From: Deltaproteobacteria bacterium
GTDB lineage: Bacteria > Myxococcota > B64-G9
DNA length: 64,000 nucleotides
Assembly: GCA_030622135.1 (NCBI GenBank)
Contig: JAUXGL010000001.1
Coordinates: 601-64,600, forward strand
Reading direction: 5' to 3'
Shown here: positions 28,089 to 36,663 of the stretch, piece after piece
Position numbering within the stretch: the stretch's first letter is position 1
How the letters are laid out: the number at the start of each line of letters is the position of its first letter
Translations under genes and position numbers: made by a program
The notes under the pieces: model-generated
Seen by the model: only the letters and a program-made list of their open reading frames with translations
What the model was told of the DNA's origin: nothing
The model's database searches: none

Positions 28089-30116
28089 TTATTTGTGAAT
28101 GAACGGGGCGGGGGAACGGGGGCCTTTGGTTAGGAAGTTTTGGATGCCGATCTTGGTGTCCTCGGTTTTTACGCATTCTCCGAACATTTCGGATTCGAAG
28201 TGGAGACCCTCCTCCAGGGGCTTGCGGCAGCCTTCGATTATGGTGCGGCAAAGAATTCGGTCGATGGCTTGGCTCAGGTGGCCCAGCTCCAGGTTGGGGA
28301 GCTTGTCGGGGGTTTCGATTGGGTCCTTGGATATGCCTTTGAGCTCGACCTGGCCTGAGGCGGCTTTGCCGGCGAGCTCGATGGCGTAGTCGATCAGCTT
28401 GTCGCCGTCCACCTCCTCGGAAAAGAGGCCCAGCTTGACGCCTTGCTCGGAGGAGATGGGCTTGCCGGTGCGGAGCAGCTCCTGGGCTTTCTGAAGGCCG
28501 ATCCAGCGGGGAAGGCGCTGGGTGCCGCCTGCGCCGGGGATTATGCCCAGGTTTACCTCGGGCTGACCGGCGGCCATTTTCATGCCTTTCTTGACCAGGA
28601 TGGTGGAGCAGCACATGGCCAGCTCGATGCCGCCGCCCAAAGCCAGGCCGTTCAGCGCGGCGATTACCGGCTTGCCCAGGTTTTCAACGGCCAGGCCGGC
28701 TTCCTTGGAACGTTCGCCGCTGTCGATGCCCTCCTGGGGGGTCTTGATCCCGGCCAGGAAGTTGATGTCGGCGCCGGAGACGAAGGCTTTGGTGCCGTAG
28801 CCGGAGAGGACCACCGCCTCGATCTTGGAGTCGTTCTTGATCTCGGAGAAGACTTGCTTCAACTGGGCAAAGACTTCGGGGTTGAGGGCGTTTAGTACTT
28901 TCGGGCGGCGGATGCGCACCCAGGCGACGTCGCCCACATCGTGGCGGCGGACGTGCATGATCTCGAAGGGCTGGTCGGCGGCGGCCTGCTTCTTTATGCA
29001 TTCGGGGACCGGGAAGCTGTCGTGGGTCTTGCTATAATCCTCGACCAGCTTGAGGGATTCTTTCGCCCCGAGCTTGTTCATGAGCCGGAAGGGTGGCTGG
29101 ATGTCCAACGCGATCTCCAGGGCCATCTCCAGGTCGGCTACGCTTACGATCCCCGAGTCGATGATCATCCCGGCCAGGCCGAAGTAGGCGCCCAGCAGCG
29201 TATCGGCGATCCTCTTCTCCTGGTCCGCTTGAAGCTCGACTTTTTCGCCGCGGCCGGCCACCTCCCACGGCTTTCCGGACGCAACCGCGTCCTTGAGCAG
29301 TTGGGGGGAGCGGAACCAGGGGATGTTGTAGCGTTGGCCCTCCATCTCGAGCCCGTGGTCGGTCAGCGGGTTGCCGCCGGTTAGGTTCATGGCGGTGAAG
29401 GAGCCGACGGCCAGGCCCAGCGTGCGGGTTCCCACCGCGTCGACCTCCTTGACTGTCCCCAGGCCTTCCTCTACGGCCAGAGCGTTGGCCAGAAACAGGC
29501 CCTCGAAGATGGGGTCGACGGCGTAGCCGTAGCGGCTGCCCACCCGGATGGGCACCTTGCCGATGCGCTCATACAGGCTCATCATGCTGTGGGTGAGCTT
29601 GGGGTCGGTGTCCTTGCCGGGGACTATCTCGATCATGGGGTTGCGCTCGGCCGGGAAGAAGTAGTGGGTTACCATGGTGCGGTTTTTCTTCGAGAGCGGC
29701 TCGAAGATGACCTCCGGCTCCAGGTGGGACGAGTTGGAGGTCAGAATCGCCGTTTCCGGACAGAGCTTCTCCACCTGCAAAAAGATCTTCCGCTTGAGGT
29801 TTAGATCCTCGGAGGCTGCCTCCACCACCAGGTCGGCGCCGCGGAGTTGCTCGTAGTCGCTGGTGAAGATGGTGTTCTCGATCATGGCCGCGCCCATCTC
29901 CGGCCTAAACGCCCCGGCCTTGACTCCCTTCTCCACCTTCTTCTTGAGCTTGGCCGCGCCTTTTTCAAGCGCCTCCGCCACCACGTCCACCACCACCACG
30001 TTGACGCCGTAGGGGTGGAAGACCTTGGTGAAGTGCAGGGCGATGTCCGGTCCGATCTGGCCGGAGCCGATGACGCCGATCTTCTTGATGGTAAGTCCCC
30101 GGAATTCGAAAGCCAT
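28089..30116 (-). CDS. Bifunctional 3-hydroxyacyl-CoA dehydrogenase / enoyl-CoA hydratase (HCDH N-terminal, crotonase C-terminal)
   Basis: 675 aa; N-term IGVIGSGQIGPDIA NAD-binding plus 3HCDH C domain; C-terminal crotonase fold (GGGIELAMCC). Confidence 0.85.
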   Translation of the reverse strand: MAFEFRGLTIKKIGVIGSGQIGPDIALHFTKVFHPYGVNVVVVDVVAEALEKGAAKLKKKVEKGVKAGAFRPEMGAAMIENTIFTSDYEQLRGADLVVEAASEDLNLKRKIFLQVEKLCPETAILTSNSSHLEPEVIFEPLSKKNRTMVTHYFFPAERNPMIEIVPGKDTDPKLTHSMMSLYERIGKVPIRVGSRYGYAVDPIFEGLFLANALAVEEGLGTVKEVDAVGTRTLGLAVGSFTAMNLTGGNPLTDHGLEMEGQRYNIPWFRSPQLLKDAVASGKPWEVAGRGEKVELQADQEKRIADTLLGAYFGLAGMIIDSGIVSVADLEMALEIALDIQPPFRLMNKLGAKESLKLVEDYSKTHDSFPVPECIKKQAAADQPFEIMHVRRHDVGDVAWVRIRRPKVLNALNPEVFAQLKQVFSEIKNDSKIEAVVLSGYGTKAFVSGADINFLAGIKTPQEGIDSGERSKEAGLAVENLGKPVIAALNGLALGGGIELAMCCSTILVKKGMKMAAGQPEVNLGIIPGAGGTQRLPRWIGLQKAQELLRTGKPISSEQGVKLGLFSEEVDGDKLIDYAIELAGKAASGQVELKGISKDPIETPDKLPNLELGHLSQAIDRILCRTIIEGCRKPLEEGLHFESEMFGECVKTEDTKIGIQNFLTKGPRSPAPFIHK

Positions 30117-30195
30117 GTCAAACCTCCATCGTTATGGGTCCAGAGTACGGAAAGTGAACCTGGCGGTTCGGCTGGTACCTCGGGGGGGGGAGATC

Positions 30196-31164
30196 TCAGA
30201 CCAAACCATTGCGTTTGCGGTAACGGATCTCGACCCGCTCGGCTTCGCCGCGCTCAAGGCCGATGCCTTCCGCAAACCGGAAGGCTTCTGCCTGCGCCGC
30301 GCTGTCCAGCTTGCCGTCCGGGTAGACGTGATCCATGGCCTGATCGATGACGAACTGCTGCGCAAAGCGCTTGAGCTCCGCCGTGCGCGCATCACCGATC
30401 TGAAATCCCTGGGCCAGTTCGGCCAGCCGGCGGGTTTCCGCCTCGGCCAGGTCCTTGTCGGCGCAAGCCAGGCCCCAGGCTATCATCAACATGGTATCGC
30501 GCACGCCGCCGCCGCTCGTCTCGGCAAGTTCGGCGGGAGACAGCGGCGGCTTTTTGGCCAGCTCGTCTATGCTGCCCAGATCGGACGAGATGAATCCGGC
30601 CAGAAACTCCTTTTCCTCGTCCGTCAGGTTACAGTCGGCCCGGGCTACCTCCACCAGCATTCGCGCCAGCACACTCCGATCATAGGTCTGGCCGACCGGC
30701 CGGTCGTTCAATAGTTTCGCAAAATTGGTCAGCACGTCGGCGGCCGCCTGCGCCGACACCCAGGTGCTCCGACTGCCGTCCCAGGCGAATTGTGCCGACA
30801 CGTTCTGGAAGGCCTGCACCACGGTGGCCTGCTTCTCGTCTTCGGAGTAGACCTGGTCGCCCTTGCTCATGGCTCTGGAAACCGCCAACTCGGCCACGAC
30901 GTCAGCTGCCTGCCCGGCGATTCCGTAACCCAGGGCACTGCTCACCAGGCGGGAGATTCCGTAGCGGATTCGCCGGGAGATGCTGTGCTTCACCGAGCGC
31001 TTAGCGGTATTGCCCAGACCACGGCCCTTCTGGATTTCGGCCTGGGCCTCAACGAGGGTGCCCGATACCGGACACTTGAACACGCAGCGCATGATACTGC
31101 CTTCCTGGTTAGCCGACTCGATCAACGCCTTGATGTTTTCGTACGTCGCTTCCGTCATGGGCAC
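30196..31164 (-). CDS. Hypothetical protein with tandem TerB-like helical domains
   Basis: 322 aa; two or three repeats resembling TerB/DjlA-N (LARMLVEVARADCNLTDEEKEFLAGFI; LMIAWGLACADKDLAEAETRRLAELAQ). Assignment by motif memory only. Confidence 0.45.
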   Translation of the reverse strand: MPMTEATYENIKALIESANQEGSIMRCVFKCPVSGTLVEAQAEIQKGRGLGNTAKRSVKHSISRRIRYGISRLVSSALGYGIAGQAADVVAELAVSRAMSKGDQVYSEDEKQATVVQAFQNVSAQFAWDGSRSTWVSAQAAADVLTNFAKLLNDRPVGQTYDRSVLARMLVEVARADCNLTDEEKEFLAGFISSDLGSIDELAKKPPLSPAELAETSGGGVRDTMLMIAWGLACADKDLAEAETRRLAELAQGFQIGDARTAELKRFAQQFVIDQAMDHVYPDGKLDSAAQAEAFRFAEGIGLERGEAERVEIRYRKRNGLV

Positions 31165-31336
31165 ACCTCTTTAGATTGGAATGTTTGGCGCTCACTTCGA
31201 GCTTACCCGACACTGTGTAAGAAATGGTGCCCGGTTGTCAAGACCGGTCAGCGCTGTCAGCGTTGGGTGGGGTTGACATCTTTCCTGAATGCTATAGGGT
31301 GTCCGTCACTCTCAATACGACAATCAGGAGATCGCC

Positions 31337-33886
31337 GTGAACCAGAGGATGATATTCCTGTTTTTGGTTGGCGTGCCCGTCTGTCTGTTTCCTCTGGCTG
31401 TGGTCGCGCAGAATTGCCCCAACCCCGTCACCATCGCCTGCGGGGACACGCCCTCCGGCAGCAACCAAAACGGTAACGACGGTCACGACAACTACGGCTG
31501 TGCGGAGTTCTCCTGGGATTTGACCGCGGCGGAGATTTATTACCGGCTCACCATTACCGAGGAGGAATTCCTCTGGATCAACCTGGAGCCGACCTCGGTG
31601 TGGGATCTGGCCCTGATTGTTCTTTCGGAGAGCGGAGGCGACTGCGGCGCGGTCCCCGTACTCTGCGTGGACGACATGCTTGACGATGATCCGGAATTTA
31701 CCTTTGTTACGCTACCGGCCGGGACCTACTACATCGTGGTGGATGGTTATAACGATGGTTACGGCACCTACGATTTGACCGTGATTTGCGAGGAGTGTAC
31801 CGACGCGGACGGGGACACCTATCCCGGCCTGGGGGTGAGCACCTGCTTTTCGGGCAACGACTGCTGTGACACCGGCGCCGAGGTTTCTTCGGGTTGCACC
31901 GTCGGAAACGCCGCAGACATCCATCCCGGAGCCCAGGAGATATGCGGCAACGGCATCGACAACGACTGCAGCGGCCATGACGATCCTTGCCCGAGCTGCG
32001 GTGCCGACGAGAATATCGCCTGCGCCGACACCAAAACGGTGGATACGACCGGCGGGGCGTCGAACTTGAGTGACTACTGCCACGGGTTGGGCGCCCACTC
32101 CGGAACCGACTGGAGCGGCCCCGAGCACATCTTTTCGTTTACGCCTACGAGCGACGCCGGGGTGGTCTTTGCGATCGACTCGACCGCCGCGCTGGACATG
32201 TTTGCCCTTCCCGACTATGGCGATCCCGCTGTCTGTAACATGGACACATGTCTTTCCATCGGGGGGAGCGGCTCGGGTTTCGCTCTCGGGAACGACCCGG
32301 TGGTCTTCTACGCCGAGACGGGGGAGACCTACTTTATTTCCGTGGATGGCAACGAGGGCGCGGCCGGTTCGTTTAACTACGACGTGGAGTGCCGGACCGA
32401 GTTTTGCGTTTCCGATGCCGACATCGCGTGCAAGCATCGCGTGTCCGGCGACACCACCGGTAAGGACAACAACGTGAGCGTGTACAAAGGCTGGGGCCGG
32501 GAGTTTCCGGCACCCGAGTATGTGTACGCGCTGAAGACCGACCTGGACGCCGACGTGGTTGTCAATCTGGACATGGAGACGGGCATCGACCTGGCCATTT
32601 TCGTGATCGAGGACAGCGGAGATGGTTGCAGCCCCGGCGATGTCCTGGCCTCCAGCGACATCGACAACGTGCGCGACAACGATTGGACCGAGTACGTTTC
32701 GTTCTCCAGCATCGGCGGGGTCGACTACTACGTGGTGGTGGATGGGCGGCCGGCCGTCGGTTATGGCGCCTTCGACCTGGACGTGACCTGCTCGGTCGAG
32801 TGCGGGGAGGGGTTCGACGACTGCGGGTTCGGTTTTTGCTTGGACGTAAGCAGCGACGTCGACAACTGCGGCGCGTGCGACAACGTCTGTGATCTGCCCG
32901 GCGTCGACCAGCACGAGTGCTTGGCCGGCGCCTGCACGGTGGTTTCCTGTGACGTCGACTACGACGACTGCGATGCAACCGACGCCAACGGTTGCGAGGC
33001 CGATCTGCTCGCCGACCGCGCCCACTGCGGCGTTTGCAACAACGGCTGCGGCGCCGACCAGATCTGCGCCGCCGGTGTCTGCCAGGACTGCGGGTTGGGC
33101 GAGATCGTTTGCGGCAACACCTGCATCGATACCGACACCGATCCGGATCACTGCGGCGTCTGCGACAACGTCTGCGACCTGCCCAATGTCGACCAGCACG
33201 GCTGCGTATCCGGCGCCTGCACGGTGGTTAGCTGCGACGCGGACTTCGATGACTGCGACTCGGACGTTTCCAACGGCTGCGAGGTGGACCTGCTTACCAG
33301 CGACGTTCACTGCGGCGGTTGCAACCAGGCCTGCGACACCGCGCAGGGGGAGGACTGCTGCGGTGGAACCTGTGCGGATCTGGATTCCAGCACCGTCCAC
33401 TGCGGCGCCTGCAACAACGCCTGCGCGGCCGGCAAGTCGTGCTGCGACGGCACCTGCGCCGATCTGAACGACGACGTTGGCCACTGTGGCGCCTGCGGCA
33501 ACGCCTGCGCGACCGGCGAGGCGTGCTGTGACGGCACCTGCGCCGATCTGAACGACGACGACGGCCATTGCGGCGCCTGCGGAAATGCCTGCGTGGCCGG
33601 ACCGGGTTGCCTGAACGGGACTTGCTGCGCCGATGCGGATTCGGATGACCACTATGACCAGGGCTGCGGCGGAGACGACTGCGATGACACCGTCGCAGCG
33701 ATCCACCCGGGCGCCGAGGAGATCTGCAACAAAGTCGACGACGACTGTAACGGAACCATCGACGACGGGGACGTCTGCAAGCGCGATGGGGGCTGCGGAT
33801 GCATGGCGATCGACGGCACCCCGGCATCCGGTTTGTTCCTGCTCCTTCTAGTCATCGGCCTGGTACGTTTCCGCGGGAGCCGATGA
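31337..33886 (+). CDS. Large secreted protein: signal peptide, pre-peptidase-C-terminal (PPC)-like domains, Cys-rich CxxCxNxC repeat arrays, MYXO-CTERM-like tail
   Basis: 849 aa; signal MNQRMIFLFLVGVPVCLFPLAVVAQ; PPC-like YY..VDGY..G.G.YDL.V units; MopE-like metal-binding motifs (DADGDTYPG..., CDDTVAAIHPGAEEICNKVDDDCNG); about 8 repeats HCGxCxNxC; C-terminus GGCGCMAIDGTPASGLFLLLLVIGLVRFRGSR. Confidence 0.75.
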   Translation: MNQRMIFLFLVGVPVCLFPLAVVAQNCPNPVTIACGDTPSGSNQNGNDGHDNYGCAEFSWDLTAAEIYYRLTITEEEFLWINLEPTSVWDLALIVLSESGGDCGAVPVLCVDDMLDDDPEFTFVTLPAGTYYIVVDGYNDGYGTYDLTVICEECTDADGDTYPGLGVSTCFSGNDCCDTGAEVSSGCTVGNAADIHPGAQEICGNGIDNDCSGHDDPCPSCGADENIACADTKTVDTTGGASNLSDYCHGLGAHSGTDWSGPEHIFSFTPTSDAGVVFAIDSTAALDMFALPDYGDPAVCNMDTCLSIGGSGSGFALGNDPVVFYAETGETYFISVDGNEGAAGSFNYDVECRTEFCVSDADIACKHRVSGDTTGKDNNVSVYKGWGREFPAPEYVYALKTDLDADVVVNLDMETGIDLAIFVIEDSGDGCSPGDVLASSDIDNVRDNDWTEYVSFSSIGGVDYYVVVDGRPAVGYGAFDLDVTCSVECGEGFDDCGFGFCLDVSSDVDNCGACDNVCDLPGVDQHECLAGACTVVSCDVDYDDCDATDANGCEADLLADRAHCGVCNNGCGADQICAAGVCQDCGLGEIVCGNTCIDTDTDPDHCGVCDNVCDLPNVDQHGCVSGACTVVSCDADFDDCDSDVSNGCEVDLLTSDVHCGGCNQACDTAQGEDCCGGTCADLDSSTVHCGACNNACAAGKSCCDGTCADLNDDVGHCGACGNACATGEACCDGTCADLNDDDGHCGACGNACVAGPGCLNGTCCADADSDDHYDQGCGGDDCDDTVAAIHPGAEEICNKVDDDCNGTIDDGDVCKRDGGCGCMAIDGTPASGLFLLLLVIGLVRFRGSR

Positions 33887-34642
33887 AGCCGCCGGGAAAC
33901 CGCTTATTGCTCATAGTCGGGGCGATTCTATTTTTGCTTTCGGCCCAGGCTCGAGGGGCCAAGAAGCGCACTTTAATTGCTCGGAGCGGCTGACCCTGTG
34001 TCGAGGCGGAGGTTCTCTCCCGTTGGAATGTATATTGTAATCTGGGTATGCACTGGTGATATTAGAACAAAATGGGAGGCGCCAGATGTGCCGCGGGCGG
34101 GGGGGGATACCCACTGACGCACAAGCTAATGCCTCCCAGTCAAGTACTAGAGCAACATCCGTGCCAAAAACCGTGCATACGTTGTTTTTTTTTCCTCTTT
34201 TAAAACAATGCATTGTGAAGGGGGAGGACACTGATCGGGGTTATGTTTACGGTAGTTATGTGGTATTAATCCCTTTTATTCTTGTAGGTTTTGTATTGAT
34301 TTTTTTTATAAACATTCGGTGGCCTATGGTAACATGGCCATAGTTCAGGGTTTTATAGTGCTGCCTATACAGGCACAATTGTAAAGTTAGACAAATAAGC
34401 AATAGGGTGCAAAAACCATGTTTTTATGGCTCTACTCGAAAACATTCATGATAACAATTAATTGCGGTGTGGCATTTTGACACTAGCCGGAAAACCGCCG
34501 TTTTTACAATAGGTTGCATTTCCACCCGAGACTTCGTTTGTAACGGGAACTACAAGGAGAATGCAATTGTCGACGAGGGGCTTCGCGCCGTGGTTGACAG
34601 ACATAACCCCGCGCGGTACAGAAACTCTCCGCGGAGGAGAAT

Positions 34643-35884
34643 ATGAGCGAAAAGAAACTGGAACAGAAGAAGATAGCCTCGGTGAAGACATTCAAGAAGA
34701 TCATGGCGGATCACTTCCTGCAGATCGACGCGGCCGCGAGGGATCCCGGGCGTAAGGTGGCTTGGTGTACCAGCGTGGGGCCGGCGGAGCTTTTGCAGGG
34801 GTTTGGGTTCGAGGTGTACTACCCGGAGAACCACGCGGCTATTCTTGGGTCCACCCGGACGGCCACGGACTATATACCCTACGCCAACGCCGCCGGGTAT
34901 TCCCCGGAGATCTGCTCCTACCTGACCGCCGACGTGGGTGCATACATGCAGGGCTTCACTCCGTTGACCAAGGTCTACGGGATCGAGAAGATCCCCAAGC
35001 CCGACGTGCTGGTCTACAACACCAACCAGTGCCGCGACGTCCAGGACTGGTTCATGTGGTATTCCCGCGAGTGGAAGGTTCCCTGCGTGGGTATCGAGAC
35101 CCATCGCGGCGTGGGCGCGGTAACCAAGGTGCACATCGATTCCATAGCCGGGCAGCTCCAAGACCTCGCCGGCAAGCTCGAGAAGATCGCCGGGCACCCG
35201 CTGGACATGGATCGGTTCAAGCAATCGGTGGAGCTGTCGCGCCGGTGTTCGGAGCTTTGGGACAAGGTGCTCCGCGCCGGTACGGCGGTGCCTTCCGCCA
35301 TCACTTTCTTCGACGGCACCATCCACATGGGTCCCGCGGTGGTCCTGCGCGGACTCCAGGTGGCGGTGGACTACTACCAGGAACTGTTGGTCGAGATGGA
35401 AGCGCGGGTGCAGAACAAGGTGGCCGCGGTCGCAGGGGAGAAGCACCGTCTTTACTGGGAAGGCATGCCTGTCTGGGGCAAGCTCAGAAACCTGTCCATG
35501 CAGTTTCTCGAGCTGCAGACCTGCGTGGTGGCGTCCACCTACTGCAACTCCTGGATTTTCAATCAGCTGGATCCCGACGAGCCCTTCGAGTCCATGGCCC
35601 GCGCCTACACCGAGCTGTTCATCGTCAGAAGCGATGCGGTCAAGGAGGACTACATTGCCCGGATGTGCGCGGACTACCGAGTCGACGGTTTCTTTTACCA
35701 CAACGCCCGCACCTGCCCGAACAATTCCAACTCCAGCTACGGAATGCCCCAGCGCCTGACCGAGCGGACCGGGAAGCCACACCTGGTCATCGACGGGGAT
35801 CTCAACGACCTGCGCTGTTACTCGGAGGAACAGGCCAAGACCAACATCGAGGCCTTTGTCGAGCAACTCGCCCAGGCAACATGA
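34643..35884 (+). CDS. 2-hydroxyacyl-CoA dehydratase / benzoyl-CoA-reductase-subunit family protein (HgdB/BcrB-like)
   Basis: 413 aa; family hallmarks including conserved Cys (WCTSVGP, ICSY, CNSW, CPNNSNS) and overall length and conservation pattern of HgdB/HadC/BcrB-type subunits. Confidence 0.7.
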   Translation: MSEKKLEQKKIASVKTFKKIMADHFLQIDAAARDPGRKVAWCTSVGPAELLQGFGFEVYYPENHAAILGSTRTATDYIPYANAAGYSPEICSYLTADVGAYMQGFTPLTKVYGIEKIPKPDVLVYNTNQCRDVQDWFMWYSREWKVPCVGIETHRGVGAVTKVHIDSIAGQLQDLAGKLEKIAGHPLDMDRFKQSVELSRRCSELWDKVLRAGTAVPSAITFFDGTIHMGPAVVLRGLQVAVDYYQELLVEMEARVQNKVAAVAGEKHRLYWEGMPVWGKLRNLSMQFLELQTCVVASTYCNSWIFNQLDPDEPFESMARAYTELFIVRSDAVKEDYIARMCADYRVDGFFYHNARTCPNNSNSSYGMPQRLTERTGKPHLVIDGDLNDLRCYSEEQAKTNIEAFVEQLAQAT

Positions 35885-36660
35885 AACTGTTCTGCGGCAT
35901 CGACGTTGGCTCGGCCGCCACCAAGGCCGTCCTGATCACCGGGTCTCTCGAGGTGCAGGGGCGGGGGCTGTGTCCCTCGGGAGCCGACTTCTCGGCCGCG
36001 GCCCGGCAGGTGTTCGACGCGGCCCTGGCCGGGGTCGGCGCCGGGGAGGCCGACGTAGAGGCGATCGTCTCCACCGGCTACGGCCGCACCAACGTGGATT
36101 TCGCCACCGCCAGGCGGACCGAGATCGACTGTCACGCTCGGGGTGCCTATCATCACTTCAAAAGGGCCATCACCGTAGTCGACATCGGTGGCCAGGACAA
36201 CAAGATCATCCAGCTCGATGCCGCGGGCAAGTGTCTCAAGTTCGCCATGAACCGCAAGTGCGCGGCCGGTACCGGCGCCTTTTTAGAGGAGATGGCCCTG
36301 CGGCTGAACGTCCCCATCGACAAGCTCTCGAAGATGGCCGAAAACAGCGCGGCCCCGGGTGTATCCATCGGCTCCTACTGCACGGTCTTCGCCATGACCG
36401 AGATTCTCTCCAAGGTGCGCGCGGGAGTGAAGACCGAGGACCTGGCCCGGGCGGCCCTGGTCTCGGTGGCCAAGCGCCTCCTGGAGACCCAGGCCATCGT
36501 CACGGACATCGTGGCCACCGGCGGCGTGGTGGCTCATAACCCGGTTCTGCGGGACATCCTCAAGGAGATTTTGAAGACCGAGGTTCATATCCCTCCGCAT
36601 CCCCAGCACATCGGAGCCTTCGGCGCCGCCCTGGTGGCCGCATCGGAGCAGAAGGAGTAA
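35881..36660 (+). CDS. Acyl-CoA dehydratase activase (HgdC/BcrAD/BadFG ATPase family)
   Basis: 259 aa MKLFCGIDVGSAATKAV (ASKHA phosphate-1 motif), cluster-bridging Cys pair, ATGA-coupled to upstream gene. Confidence 0.8.
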   Translation: MKLFCGIDVGSAATKAVLITGSLEVQGRGLCPSGADFSAAARQVFDAALAGVGAGEADVEAIVSTGYGRTNVDFATARRTEIDCHARGAYHHFKRAITVVDIGGQDNKIIQLDAAGKCLKFAMNRKCAAGTGAFLEEMALRLNVPIDKLSKMAENSAAPGVSIGSYCTVFAMTEILSKVRAGVKTEDLARAALVSVAKRLLETQAIVTDIVATGGVVAHNPVLRDILKEILKTEVHIPPHPQHIGAFGAALVAASEQKE

Positions 36661-36663
36661 AAG

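Noticed and set aside
31712-33706. 664-aa minus-strand ORF antisense to the PPC/Cys-rich protein gene
   Set aside because: Low-complexity Ala/Gly/Val-rich translation typical of an antisense frame through GC-rich Cys-repeat coding DNA; the plus-strand frame has signal peptide, domains and sorting tail.
34056-34343. 95-aa ORF in the AT-rich intergenic region
   Set aside because: Composition and translation (poly-F, no RBS) look non-coding.
34361-34480. Possible sigma-54 -24/-12 promoter (GGCAC / TGGCAT elements)
   Set aside because: The -12 TTGC element is not present at the required 5-bp spacing in either candidate.
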